Shown here in pieces: positions 36,698 to 49,389 of a stretch of DNA of 61,391 bases. Position 1 is the first letter of the stretch; every line of letters begins with the position of its first letter. The DNA comes from Octopus bimaculoides (Eukaryota), in the NCBI RefSeq assembly GCF_001194135.2, contig NC_069004.1:11610322-11671712 (forward strand). The letters run 5' to 3'. The notes beneath the pieces were generated by a model. That model did no database searches. It saw only the letters and a list, made by a program, of their open reading frames with translations, and was not told the DNA's origin. The translations under genes were made by a program, and so were the position numbers.

Positions 36698-36989
36698 CTG
36701 CAAAAATACAATTCCATTTATTTCAATTCATTAAATAGAAATTCAACAGAGGAAAGGAATAAGTTTACCAAAACAGTCATTCCAGCCATGTCACTCTATA
36801 AAAAATTATCTCCATGTAAATCCTTGTCAGTTTTGTTGGGCTGTTTAACTTAGGGAATTGTACTTCATCTCTCATAATTCTTAATCATTTTGGAAATTGA
36901 AACAGAAAGATAAGATATGCTTGTAAGAATATGGTAGGATGTTTCGTTAAATATCTAAATTCAGTGCCTCATAAATAGCACCTGTTGGT

Positions 36990-37335
36990 GTCCTGTACAA
37001 AGCAACCATACTGATACCAAGCAGAAAGCACCAATGCTGGTGCCATGCAGAAAGCACCTGTGCTGGTGCCACATAAGAAGAACCTGTGCTGGTGCCATGT
37101 AGAATGCGGCCATGCTGGTTCCTCATAATAGCATTGGTGCTGGTGCCATGTAAAAAGCACCCAGTAGACTCTGTAAAGTGGTTAGCATCAGGAAGGGCAT
37201 ACAGTTGTAGAAACTATGCCAGAGCAGAAAACTGGAGCCTGGTGCAGTTCTCCAGCTGCCAGCTCCTGTCAAACTGTCCAACCCATGCTAGCATGGAAAA
37301 TGGATGTATGAAGATGATGATCATGACCATGATGA
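36990..37335 (+). mobile_element. SINE-like family D with repeated gctggtgccatg units and (GAT)n tail
   Basis: aaaagcacccag...aggaagggcat...ccaacccatgctagcatggaaaa...gatgatga. Confidence 0.75.
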
Positions 37336-37740
37336 CTAATAACTAAAAAGACAAGATGAATCTTACCTTAGTGCTATTTGTGCAACAGCTCAACTCTGGT
37401 TCACCATACACACACATCTCACCTTCTTTCATCCCTTATTCTGTACTCAGTGCTACATTACAGCACGAGTACACAGGGCAGTAGTTTACTGGGGGCCCCA
37501 CAAATCTACAGCTTAATAGGTTTGTCTATCAATAAATAAATATTAGAAGGACCCCACTACATTACTTTACCCATGGGTTTAAGGCAGTCACGAGAGTCCT
37601 CACCATTCCTTCTTCCCCACAATGTCTTCTCCTTGAAATCCTTTTGCTTAACCTAAACAACCATGTAACCAATCTTACTAGTTTCTGGATTGTCTGCAAT
37701 GATCATGGGCTCTGCCCCTCCTCAATACACACCATAAAAG

Positions 37741-37781
<41 letters not shown>

Positions 37782-38439
37782 GTATGTATATTTGAGAATT
37801 GATTAACTCTTTTATATTTTTAGTACAAAAACAGGAAGTTGATGAATTTTTAAAATTATCTTCTAATTGTTAAAATTCATTACAGTTAATACATAATTAT
37901 ATGAAAATTAATTAACATAGGTGGTATGAATATATTAACAAAAACTCATTATTATAGTGAGGGAAAAAAGAAGAAANNNNNNNNNNNNNNNNNNNNNNNN
38001 NNNNNNNNNNNNNNNNNNNNNNNNNNNNNNNNNNNNNNNNNNNNNNNNNNNNNNNNNNNNNNNNNNNNNNNNNNNNNNNNNNNNNNNNNNNNNNNNNNNN
38101 NNNNNNNNNNNNNNNNNNNNNNNNNNNNNNNNNNNNNNNNNNNNNNNNNNNNNNNNNNNNNNNNNNNNNNNNNNNNNNNNNNNNNNNNNNNNNNNNNNNN
38201 NNNNNNNNNNNNNNNNNNNNNNNNNNNNNNNNNNNNNNNNNNNNNNNNNNNNNNNNNNNNNNNNNNNNNNNNNNNNNNNNNNNNNNNNNNNNNNNNNNNN
38301 NNNNNNNNNNNNNNNNNNNNNNNNNNNNNNNNNNNNNNNNNNNNNNNNNNNNNNNNNNNNNNNNNNNNNNNNNNNNNNNNNNNNNNNNNNNNNNNNNNNN
38401 NNNNNNNNNNNNNNNNNNNNNNNNNNNNNNNNNNNNNNN

Positions 38440-38475
<36 letters not shown>

Positions 38476-38536
38476 TATATATGTATATATATAAATATAA
38501 ATATATCTATATATATATGTACATGGGTATGTAAAA

Positions 38537-38736
38537 GACACCACCATGCTAGAGATGGCAGTCAAAACTTGACTCTAAAACCACGTCAAGACAAAGAGAC
38601 AAATAAACTAGCAGAAAATTATTGGATATTTTTTTGCTAGTTTATTTGTCTCTTTGTCTTTTCTCCTGGTGCTGTATGAATACTTGATGTAGCTTCCGAG
38701 TCAAGTTTTGACTGCTGTCTCTAGCATGGTGGTATC
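38537..38736. mobile_element. Two-stem fold-back element
   Basis: Outer arms 38537-38575 / 38698-38736 (36/39); inner arms 38588-38613 / 38635-38660 (26/26). Confidence 0.85.
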
Positions 38737-39124
38737 TGTTAGATACCTTTAATTATAATTTTAATTATAATTATGCACTTGATATGATCGGTATTTTAAA
38801 TAATGATCTTATCCTTATATATATATATATTAATATTTAGCAGAAGCAATAGAGGGACTCAAAGGGTGAGGATTATATATATATATTAGAAGGTTTGGAG
38901 GTGATGTACATGTATCATATATTAGAAAGAATAATAAGGTACTCATATATATATATATATATATATAAATTGCCAAACAAGTGTGACGTCCTATACAGGA
39001 CAGTGCTACTGACGTTTGTAGTATATATATATATATATATGGATGGATAGAACATAAAGGAGATAAAGATATAAATACTAAGAAGAATACTGGGTTTTTA
39101 AAAAAAAAAACCTTAAATGGAATG

Positions 39125-39161
<37 letters not shown>

Positions 39162-39403
39162 GTGCGTAAGATATTATATAGAAAGAGCAGTCAAAATAAT
39201 GATGCAAATTAGTGAAAACTGAAATATTACCATTAATGAGAACACAAAATTTATTGAAATAACTCCTGAAATTGAAGCTAATTTACAAATATTTGAATTG
39301 ACATGGCTCATAGCATGGTGCTTAACAATATCTTTTTCCAATTGCATCAACATTAAAATAATGCAGGTAAAATGGTAGAAACAATTTATGGCACCTAATT
39401 TTT

Positions 39404-39404
<1 letters not shown>

Positions 39405-39491
<87 letters not shown>

Positions 39492-39498
39492 GAGAGAG
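39405..39498. repeat. (GA)n microsatellite
   Basis: Direct reading. Confidence 0.95.
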
Positions 39499-39933
39499 AA
39501 TTTGTGAAGTGAATGCTACTGCTCTTTCCAGTCTTAAAGTGATGACTCACAATGTTGTTTGATATCTCTCTCTTTACAATCTTTAAAAGCAGTTAATAGT
39601 TTGTAATTTGAATCATTAAGTTATTTCTTGTTACAAACATTGAACCAAGGTGGGATATCTCACAATGTTTAAGCATTAGTAAAATAACCTATCTTGCTAA
39701 TGCTAAGTGACTGACAAATGATTTTGTGGAGATAAAATAGTAGTCAAAATAGAAGAAAGGAGTCTAAGGATGTATAATACATTATTTGATAAGATGAAAC
39801 AGTAAGCATGTATAGTGCATGTAATTGGTAAAAAAAATCAGATGAAACTAAGAAAATGATGGGTCAACTCTAGTTAATGGGCCTATTTTTCTATTTCCTG
39901 TCACAGGATGTTTCTTATTATGTCTAATATTTA

Positions 39934-40153
39934 CCCTTTAGCATTCAGATTTCTTTGTCAAATGTAATACTTATTTATTCACATTGTTTTGAATTAATCA
40001 TGCATTATCTGGTACCTTCACGATTTCAATGACATGTTTGTATATTTTCAGAATGACATTGTAGGATAGGTATGAGAGGTTGGATCTGGTAAGTATTAAC
40101 ATAAAACAGGTACAATATTTGGACTGGATATGGCTGGATTAAATGCTAAAGGG
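39934..40153. mobile_element. piggyBac-like MITE
   Basis: Termini ccctttagcatt / aatgctaaaggg followed by TTAA; homologs at 49869-50085 and (partial) about 22645-22760. Confidence 0.75.
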
Positions 40154-40586
40154 TTAAAAAAAACCCCGCAGTCATGAATGTCCATAGGATTGCACCTGGA
40201 AGGTTATCCTCTGAGGCACAAGTCCAGACAAGATTGTTTATGGAAGATCAGCAGTTGCCTGTGCACACCAGCTTACCATCTCCTCCATGCCACTTAAAAT
40301 GACTGTGAAGGCCTCCTCTAATCATTCCACCTAATGTAAAATTATTTATTTATGTATGCATGTGGCAGATGAAACAATGACTGCGTGTTTCTCATTTTGT
40401 AGAATACACCGATACTATGAAACAGTGTGTCGCGTTGCATATTTTAGCCATAATATCTAGGAAAAACACACAGAGACACCCTCAAAGGTATTGTTTGTGT
40501 TTTGATATACCAAGGTATGTATCTTTAAGAGGTAAGTAAGACAAGATAGTAAGATAATAGCCCATTATCGTAATGATAGTAATCAT

Positions 40587-40860
40587 CATCATCATCATCA
40601 TCATCATCATTTAACGTCTACTTTCCATGCTGGTATGGGTTGGATGGTTTGATTGGGGACTGGTGAACCAGATGGCTACACAAGGCTCCAGTCTGATTTG
40701 GCAGGGTTTCTACAGCTGGATGCCCTTCCTAACGCCAACCACTCCAAGAGTGTAGTGGGTGCTTTTACGTGCCACCGGCACGAAGGCCAGTCAGGAGGTA
40801 CTGGCAACGGCCACACTCGAAATGGTGTATTTTATGTGCCACCTGCACAAGGGCCATTAC
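40587..40860 (-). mobile_element. SINE-like family D
   Basis: (ATC)n tail followed by the reverse complement of the family body. Confidence 0.85.
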
Positions 40861-41221
40861 ACCTTGGAAAACAATACACGGACTACACCAAAGTTATTGG
40901 TTGAGTGTGTGTGCTTACGATGGTGTGTTACTAAACTCTCTGGTCTGAGTTTGGGTGAGCAAGCGTCATGTCAATAGTGTCGAGGTACAACTTTTTTCGG
41001 CTGGATTTTCAACCTTATTGCAAGCCTCACTGGTTCTCCCTCCCAACATTTTCGGATTCCAGGCGTCAAGACAAAGAAAATTGCCGGGCTGGTGCTTACG
41101 ACACTCTGTTACTAAACGCCTCATATATGACAGAATAATCTGAATGCTAAAGGGTTAGAATATGCCATATCTAAATACAAGCAGAAAACACTGCAGTATA
41201 ATTCTTGGAATGAAGACTTAC

Positions 41222-41427
41222 CGTTATTTTTTCCATCTTGTTGTTGCGCATGATTAAAGTTGATCCATCGTTGATCCAGAAGAAGGAATTATCTTTAGCT
41301 AAAAAGGTGAATGCACGAGTGGATCCTTTGAAGGAGATTTTCTTGGAGATCTTTAGGTCATTATCCATTTCAGCTAATTTGATGCCCTCTTCGGATGCAA
41401 TCAACAGTTCAGGTAATGGGTTAGTGT
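41222..41427 (-). CDS. ROS1: ROS1-like exon 14: start of third propeller
   Basis: ctattgcag|AC...ACG|gtaagt; phase 1->0; TNPLPELLIASEEGIKLAEMDN...NSFFWINDG. Confidence 0.9.
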
Positions 41428-42182
41428 CTGCAATAGATCAACATAATCATCATCACCATAATCACAACCACACCAAAGTCACCCCTTCAACCACTACCAT
41501 CACATATGCTGAAGTCATCCTTTCCCTACTGCTACTGACACCACTGTCACCACCATATCAGTCTCCTCCCCTCCCCCGTGCCACTGATGTTGTCCAGGAG
41601 AAAGGCAAAAGCCAAAACACTTTGGCACCATTGACATTGCAACTTATTTCTACAACTGAATGAGTTAAAACAATGTGAATAAAGTACCACGCTCAACAAC
41701 ACATTACACAGCCTGGTCCAGGAATTGAACTCACAATGTCACAGTTGTAAGCCTGATACTCTAACCACTAAGCCATGTGCCCTCACTTAGGTATCTTAGA
41801 TAGTAGAAGAGTATTTTTTAAAAATTAATTAATTAATTTAATTAAAATTAAGCAATGTTTCCCTTTGTTAATGATAATCTAAAACAAAAACTACAATCCT
41901 CTAAATGCTTCTTAATTAATTAATTAAAAATAAATTAAACTAAACCTTCATTGTGTTCAACAACAAGAATTTCAGTTGCTACAGTTGTTGTTTTGACTTA
42001 AATCAGCTCTGAATGAGCAGCCTCACAATCAACGACACTCCAACAGTGACAATCCCACCTTTCATTGCACGCACTCTGCACTCAGAGTCATATTGTCCAA
42101 TGTGTGCTTCTTGTCTCATAAAATATAATGTCATTTGAGGGATATTAGAGTGTCGTTGCAGGAAAAGTTGGTGATGACACAA

Positions 42183-42454
42183 GGAACAGATGATGAAATT
42201 TTGGTAGTGATCCGGGGATTTTTATGGATTCTTTTAGGATTTTTCATTTGTTATACTTACTTTACATGAGGTATTACAATGTTACGTTCTTTGATTATCT
42301 CCCTTGAAAACACGTTCATCATTTCCACGTAACCTATGATGGCATTGCTGTTTCCAAAGTTTATTTTCGTTTCTCTATTTGTAACTTTACTCGCGTATCT
42401 ATTTTTAAATGAGCCGTTTGGTGGAGGTCTGTGCTCTCCGAGTGCTTTTCTAGT
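42183..42454 (+). mobile_element. Probable non-autonomous Helitron-like fragment
   Basis: 3' end ggaggtctgtgctctccgagtgcttttctagt (short hairpin plus CTAG); 5' boundary uncertain. Confidence 0.5.
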
Positions 42455-43224
42455 TATAAATTTGAATTGATCGCTTGAATCATAGTGAATCTCTCATTAG
42501 CTGATTACACAAACATGAGCAGCGCTCCTATGGATGCACTGTAGTTACTCTCTTGAGAGAGCATGGTGATCTTGACCATTGATCTAGGATTCATTCACTC
42601 AGTGTCAATCTAAGAAGTACTGTTGGCTCAGTTGAGTTCTTAGGCTACCTCTTTACTATCTGCCATGCTGCAGTTCCAATTTGAATGTAAATCTTTCTTT
42701 AGCCAATTATACAACCATGGACACAGCCCCTATCAATCAGTTGCAGTTACTCTCTTGATAGAATTTGGCGTTCCTGACTGTTGATCTTCGAGGATTCCTC
42801 TGCTCAGCACCATTAGCTCAGTTGAACCCTTCTGCTACCTCTTTACAACCTATCATGCTGCAGTCCCATGACTTCTTCCCTGTATCCCTATCAGGGTGGC
42901 TGAATGGTTGCCATGCCTTACCAAAGAGCAGCCTGTAACTATGCAGAGCACGGTCGTCACGAGATATAAAATGGAGTTTTGACAAGCCAAAAGCAAAAAG
43001 AAAACGACCGAGAAAAATTCTCAAGAAAGCAAACTAAAGAGTAAAAAATTACATTATTTACATTATACGGATATATGTCCTCACCTTGTTTGTTGCTAAC
43101 ACAACGTTTTGGCTGATATAATGTAATTAACGTAAATAATGTACATAATTCCTCATCTCTTAAATATAGAAATGTAGCCAAAAATTGGTTTTGAAATTGA
43201 AGAGAAAAGCTTGAAAGCACTTAC

Positions 43225-43288
43225 TGTTACTTGTGATGGAAACATTAACAGACATTTTGCTACAGGCAAAAGTAGTACAAGCCTGAAT
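43225..43288 (-). CDS. ROS1: ROS1-like exon 13: small exon completing FN3
   Basis: ttctcttccag|ATT...AACA|gtaagt; phase 0->1; IQACTTFACSKMSVNVSITSN. It bridges the phases of exons 12 and 14. Confidence 0.88.
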
Positions 43289-43721
43289 CTGGAAGAGAAA
43301 AAAGAAATATAAATATATATATGAATGTATGTATGTATGTTTATGTGTGTGTGTGTGTGTGTGTCTTTGTGTCTGTCACCCCACCATTGCTTGACAACAA
43401 ATGTCGGTGTGTTTATGCCACTGTAAATTAGCTGTTTGACAAAAGAGTTGATAGAATAAGTACTAGGTTTACAAAGAATAAATCTTGGGGTCGATTTCTT
43501 CAACCAAAACCCTTTAAGGTGGTGCTCCATCATGGCCATAGTCAAATGCCTGAAACGTGTAAAAGAATAAAAGGATAGTCTACTGGTTGGTTACCTATGT
43601 TATAAGTCTGCTCAGTCGGGGCTGACCTGGGGCTAAACAGCAGCAACAACAACAACAAAATTTTTCTTGAAAATATACTGGAAGGAAAAGGGAGCTAAAT
43701 CTGTAAGAAAATTTGTCTTAC

Positions 43722-43969
43722 CTTAAAGGTGTAAGTGCGATTAGCTCCAAGTCGTTCGGCAATAAACTGGCGTGTATGAGGTTCAATATCAGTTTGTTGC
43801 CACTGAGAAGAACTGGAATCAGTTTGATAGAACACTTTGTACTTTTCAAGTACACCAAAGCGGTTATTCGGTGCTGACCAACGTAAATCAGCAGACAGAA
43901 ATTCTTCACTTGATTGTAATTCTTTCCTCTTGTTAATGTAAACTCTTGGATTAAGTGGTTCATTAGGCA
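43722..43969 (-). CDS. ROS1: ROS1-like exon 12: FN3
   Basis: gtattccag|TG...AAG|gtaaga; phase 1->0; VPNEPLNPRVYI...ADLRWSAPNNRFGVLEKYKVFY...LGANRTYTFK. Confidence 0.93.
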
Positions 43970-44004
43970 CTGGAATACAAAAATTAACAAAATAATGAAG
44001 ACCT

Positions 44005-44530
44005 GTTGAGGCAAGTGACATCGAAATCGAAAACTGAACCAAATTCGTTGACTGGCCCCCATGCCAACCTTCCTTCATTGGACACTAAACTCAGCTTGCA
44101 AAGACCTGTTGGGGCAAGTGAGATCGAAACTGAACCAAATTCGATGACTGGCACCTGTGCCAGAGGAGCGCTAACATCACCATCTGAGCAGGATCACTGC
44201 CAGAGCAGCGGTCTCGCTTCCATGCCGGTGGCACGTAAAAAGCACCATTTGAGTGTGATCGTTTCCAGCTTCACTTTACTGGCACTCGTGCCAGTGGCAT
44301 GTGAACAAAACATTGGACTGACTCCTGTGTAGGTGGCACGTAAAAAAATACCATTTGAGCATGGCCGTTGCCAGTACTGCCAGACTGGCCCTCGTGCCGG
44401 TGGCATGTAAAAAGCACCCACTACACTCTCGGAGTGTTTGACATTAGGAAGGGCATCCAGCTGCAGAAACTCTGCCAGATCAGATTGGAGTCTGGTGTAG
44501 CCAGTCCCCAGTCAAATAGTCCAACCCATG
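44005..44530 (+). mobile_element. SINE-like family D, long copy with duplicated 5' module
   Basis: Two ctgttg.ggcaagtga.atcgaa..ctgaaccaaattcg.tgactggc units, then the family body. Confidence 0.8.
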
Positions 44531-44721
44531 CAGTAGTGTTGGAACTATCAAAGTACAACCTTGCATTAATATGCGAGATTGTACTTTTGGTTTATGTCTG
44601 AATATAAAATTGTTTACAGAATTCTTAGAGGATATAGAAAACCTCTTGACTAGGAAGAGTGGCTAAGGTCTAGCGATAATACATGCTGTCACATTCATAT
44701 TGTTGTTAGGAAAGAACCAAC

Positions 44722-44851
44722 CTGACATGGGTGATCGAAGTTTTGTTGATGTTGTCCTGGCTGAACCATAATAGGTCAACGGTTTTATGAGAACGACTAT
44801 TTCTGTGTATGGCGGCATTCCTTTTATAGTGTACCAGGCTTGCACTGTGTC
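44722..44851 (-). CDS. ROS1: ROS1-like exon 11: FN3
   Basis: cattctag|GAC...TCAG|gttggt; phase 0->1; DTVQAWYTIKGMPPYTEIVVLIKPLTYYGSARTTSTKLRSPMS. Confidence 0.9.
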
Positions 44852-44858
44852 CTAGAAT

Positions 44859-44859
<1 letters not shown>

Positions 44860-44905
<46 letters not shown>

Positions 44906-44927
44906 GATAATAATAATAATAGTAATG

Positions 44928-44965
<38 letters not shown>

Positions 44966-44968
44966 TTA
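44860..44968. repeat. (AAT)n microsatellite directly upstream of the exon 11 acceptor
   Basis: Direct reading. Confidence 0.95.
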
Positions 44969-45268
44969 ATTCAAATCTTTTGCTATCAGATTGATACCAA
45001 AAGAGCTAAATAAGAAATGAGATATTAAAGCTACGATTGTGTTAGAAAGAGTTATGGCCACCCTGTAATAGCAGATACAAACTATGTAAGAAGGAGTTAT
45101 GGTAGATATGTAAATAGCAGCCAAAACAACCTCAAATCACCCCATACCAACTAAAAAACCAGATATGACAAATGCAGTCCCTGATAATGATGGGATGTTC
45201 ATAATTGGAATGTCTTTAACCACAGGTCTACCAAATCAAGCAAGGTTATCTAAAGCTAGAGCACTCTG

Positions 45269-45623
45269 TCGAGGGTTCCAGTTGATCCGATCAACGGAAC
45301 AGCCTGCTCATGAAATTAACGTGCAAGTGGCTGAGCACTCCACAGACACGTGTATCCTTAACGTAGTTCTCGGGGATATTCAGCGTGACACAGTGTGACA
45401 AGGCTGACCCTTTGAATTACAGGCACAACAGAAACAGGAAGTAAGAGTGAGAGAAAGTTGTGGTGAAAGAGTACAGCAGGGTTCACCACCATCCCCTGCC
45501 GGAGCCTCGTGGAGCTTTAGGTGTTTTCGCTCAATAAACACTCACAACGCCCGGTCTGGGAATCGAAACCACAATCCTATGACCACGAGTCCGCTGCCTT
45601 AACCACTGGGCCATTGCGCCTCC
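45269..45623 (-). mobile_element. Near full-length family A SINE
   Basis: Reverse complement of 11590-11950; candidate 13-bp TSD caagcaaggttat (45237-45249 / 45626-45638). Confidence 0.9.
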
Positions 45624-45822
45624 ACCAAGCAAGGTTATACTACAACAACAATCTACATCTATGTGGTCAGAGTCATAGTTATGTGTTGACCCATGGATAT
45701 GGCCTTATTGGTTCAGTTGCCTGTCAGAGAAATACTTTAATCCAATACTAGACAATGTCAGCAGTAAGTGACCAGTGGTCAAGCCATTACACAATTACAA
45801 ACTGAGTTGATTCTTTGCTTAC

Positions 45823-46007
45823 CAGTGCCTGGCTGTAATTTTCAAATTCTCGTACATTAAGGGTCAGTTCGTAGTGGACCACGCCATGGTTGACCTCGCT
45901 TGCTTCTCTCCACGTGATATTGAAATTGGATGCATTGCCTTCTACTCTAATGGACCGTGCAGGAATATCATTTGGTATTACCGTTATTGTTTTCTCGTCT
46001 AGCCCAT
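45823..46007 (-). CDS. ROS1: ROS1-like exon 10: FN3
   Basis: tcttttcag|AT...CTG|gtaagc; phase 1->0; DGLDEKTITVIP...IRVEGNASNFNITWREASEVNHGVVHYELTL. Confidence 0.92.
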
Positions 46008-46387
46008 CTGAAAAGAATCAACAAAAACAAAAATTACAATGATTCAAGAATAAGTAAGGATGCTATCAGAGTAACCAGCAAATTAATGCTAGTGTGTTTG
46101 GTTCAGTTCCATTGTAACTTTTAATATCTCGGTCCTGGGCAGAAAATACCTAAAAGGAGATTTGTTTATTCAAATGTTTATAGTGTATTTCCTTGTGGTC
46201 AGACTATCATGGACATTGGCAGATTTATTCTTTTATTCTTACTCTTGTTTCAGTTATTTGACTGTGGCCATGCTGGAGCACCGCCTTGAAGGGTTTTAAT
46301 TGAACAAATTGACCCCAGAACTTATTTCTTAAGTCTAGTACTTCACCAATTGTCAAGCAGTGATGAGGGGACAAACACAGACACAAA

Positions 46388-46427
<40 letters not shown>

Positions 46428-46458
46428 AATATCTTTGTACATACATGCATACATACAT

Positions 46459-46552
46459 AGTCTGAATGCTAATTGATGGGGTAGTCCGAATGCTAATTGA
46501 TGGGGTAGTCTGAATGCTAATTGATGGGGTAGTCTGAATGCTAAAGGGTTAA
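46459..46552. repeat. 24-bp tandem repeat ending in a piggyBac-like MITE terminus
   Basis: agtctgaatgctaattgatggggt x3, then agtctgaatgctaaagggttaa. Confidence 0.85.
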
Positions 46553-46601
46553 TGTTAGCAATGTCACAAAGTATAACAAGGGTTTTGTTAGTATTACTCA
46601 C

Positions 46602-46765
46602 CTGGATATTTATGTTGTGATGGATGGAAGAGTGAGAAAGACAGAATGTCAGAATCTATATTGATGAGACGGGAACTATTTCTGCCTCTCAGGTCACTAA
46701 CTATAAGTTGTTTTTCACTGTTGAGCCAGACAAAACGGTAGCTGAAGTATTGTAGTTGATTCATT
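46602..46765 (-). CDS. ROS1: ROS1-like exon 9: end of second propeller
   Basis: tctttgcag|A...CCAG|gtgagt; phase 2->1; MNQLQYFSYRFVWLNSEKQLIVSDLRG...FSLFHPSQHKYP. Confidence 0.9.
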
Positions 46766-46861
46766 CTGCAAAGACACAGAGCAAAATCATTTCTAACTTC
46801 AGTACAGAAATTTAAGGTGACAGGTTCAAGTGATTATATTGGCCTCTTAATTGGTACTTAC

Positions 46862-47190
46862 CTGCTCTCTAGATCAATAATTTTCATTGACCCTTTGTAA
46901 AATTGATTTTTATAACCAACCATGCCATCCATAAAGAGCTTGGTTCCAGTACTTGTTGGCAGGATCCAGTAAAGAATGTACGAATCCATATCAATTGTCA
47001 TGGCTGTGATGGTTTCTTCTTGGAATGGTTTTCGGTAATATTCTTTGATGCTCATACCATTTAGGTGTGACGCACGCACACTGTATTTTGTGTTCCAGTA
47101 AAGGACCCCTTTCAAGGAATCAATACATAAGTTGTTAGCCTGATCTCTCTTGATTTTCTCCACTTTACGGTTCTTATTGAGTCGGCAGAT
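46862..47190 (-). CDS. ROS1: ROS1-like exon 8: beta-propeller
   Basis: cattttcag|ATC...AG|gtaagt; phase 0->2; LCIDSLKGVLYWNT...AMTIDMDSYILYWIL. Confidence 0.92.
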
Positions 47191-47537
47191 CTGAAAAATG
47201 AAAACAATTGTCAAATCAGAGAAAAAAATGACAATAATAATAGTTTCTTTTGATGGGGCAGAGAGGAGGGAAAAAGGAAGAAGGAGGAGGAGAAAAGGAG
47301 GAGAGAAGAGGAGAAAAGGAGGGAAGAGGAGAAAAGGAGGAGGGAAGAGGAGAAAAGGAGGAGGAGGAAGAAGCAGTAGGAGGAGAAGGNNNNNNNNNNN
47401 NNNNNNNNNNNNNNNNNNNNNNNNNNNNNNNNNNNNNNNNNNNNNNNNNNNNNNNNNNNNNNNNNNNNNNNNNNNNNNNNNNNNNNNNNNNNNAGAGAGA
47501 GGAGAAGAAGAGCGAGAGAAGGAAGGAAGGAAGGAAG

Positions 47538-47569
<32 letters not shown>

Positions 47570-47579
47570 TTTCACTTAC

Positions 47580-47716
47580 GCCACATCTTCTGTTAGACCA
47601 GTAAACAATTTTTGATAACCAATCATATGCTATAGTGAATGGAGACACTTGTTTCATTTTCTGTACCAGATTGAAAGCGGTTGCAGAAACATGAGGGTAG
47701 TTAGCATAGAATCTCA
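47580..47716 (-). CDS. ROS1: ROS1-like exon 7: beta-propeller
   Basis: ttcctgcag|TG...GGC|gtaagt; phase 1->0; ...SPFTIAYDWLSKIVYWSNRRCG (YWTD-like). Confidence 0.92.
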
Positions 47717-48049
47717 CTGCAGGAACAATAAAAGACAAAAAAAAACAGTTGACATTGCATTTCCATTTGTTTGAAATATTTTATTGATCACAATCAAATT
47801 CATTAAAACTTTGAAGACTATTGCTGCCATCCAATGGCTAAAACTATTAAAAAAATAAATTTGTTTTGACTTAATGTGTAATTGTGTGTTGGAACAGATA
47901 TTGTTATTCATGGGGATGGTCATATTTTGCCAATTAAATACACGCACTGTCTATTTGATCTTTACTTTAGCTTTATCACAATTATTTTTAGTTTATTTTG
48001 TCTGTCAAAGTTCTTTCGTTACACACTCTGTGACCTCTTCAGCGACTCT

Positions 48050-48177
48050 CTTACATCGATCTCAGTGCGCAACTGGTACTTAATTTATTGACCCCCGAAA
48101 GGATGAAAGGCAAAGTCGACCTCGACGAAATACCGCTAAGCATTCCGCCCAACGTGCTAACGTTTCTGCCAGCTCGC
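48050..48177 (-). mobile_element. SINE family B with internal deletion
   Basis: Match to 19748-19905, lacking the gaatttgaactcagaacg segment. Confidence 0.8.
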
Positions 48178-48344
48178 ACTCATCTAGAAATTTCTTTTTA
48201 GTGACTGAAGAGCGCCGAAGAAAGTGGTTATTCTAATTTATGCCGATATATGCAGAAAATTTGTCAAATTATGAATTTAAAGAAACAATAATATTGTGAA
48301 GAGAAAAAAAACAAAACAACAAATGAAAAAAAACAATAACTTAC

Positions 48345-48476
48345 TTATTTTATGCTTAAACATTAGAGGCGGCTTATTTCCCCCATCAAGAAGTTGACCT
48401 TGGAGGGTTCGACCATCTAAACCTATTTGTGCTGTGTAGTCTTTGGTATGATATGTGACAATTGGTTTGACATTAT
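48345..48476 (-). CDS. ROS1: ROS1-like exon 6: start of second propeller
   Basis: atttgtag|AT...ATAA|gtaagt; phase 1->1; DNVKPIVTYHTKDYTAQIGLDGRTLQGQLLDGGNKPPLMFKHKI. Confidence 0.8.
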
Positions 48477-48504
48477 CTACAAATATAATTGAGGATATAA
48501 ATAT

Positions 48505-48537
<33 letters not shown>

Positions 48538-49137
48538 ATATATATATATTTATATGAGCAGCATTTTTACAATTGTCTAATATCGAGGCATATAAGCCCC
48601 ATCGAGGGCTTATATACCCCAATATTAGACTATTTTCTTTAGTTATTGCACAGTGATCACTTATAAGCTTTAAGCTTATAAAATATTAACGAATATTCTT
48701 TGATTCTTTTACTTGTTTCAGTCATTTGACTGTGACCATGCTGGAGCATCGACTTTAGTTGAACACATTGGAGTTCTTTAATTGAAGAGGGAAAAAAATG
48801 TCTTAGTAAGCATTATAAATTAAACTTGAAGGTGTGTATGTGTGTTTGGTGCCAACAACCAACTTCTTTATACAATGTTCAAAATGCATATTTCCTGGCC
48901 TTTCAAACAGTCGTGAAGTTTAGAAAATGGTTTTAAAATAGACATTACAACAAATTTTTTCTTGAATACCTGGAAACTCTACCAAACACACCTCTCTGTA
49001 CCAATAGAACTCCCACCACCACCACCACCACACATACCCTTCTGTACCATTCTGAGAACAGTGACTCTTATCATTTGATGATATCACAATATAATAATAT
49101 GTCAGGTAATAGAAAATCCTATAAAAAATAAATAATA

Positions 49138-49302
49138 GGCGCAGGAGTGGCTGTGTGGTAAGTATCTTGCTTCCCAATCACATGGTTCTTGGTTCAGTCC
49201 CACTGTGTGGCACCTTGGGCGAGTGTCTTCTACTATAGCCTCGGGCCGACCAAAGCCTTGTGAGTGGATTTCATAGACGGAAAGTGAAAGAAGCCTGTCG
49301 TA

Positions 49303-49389
<87 letters not shown>

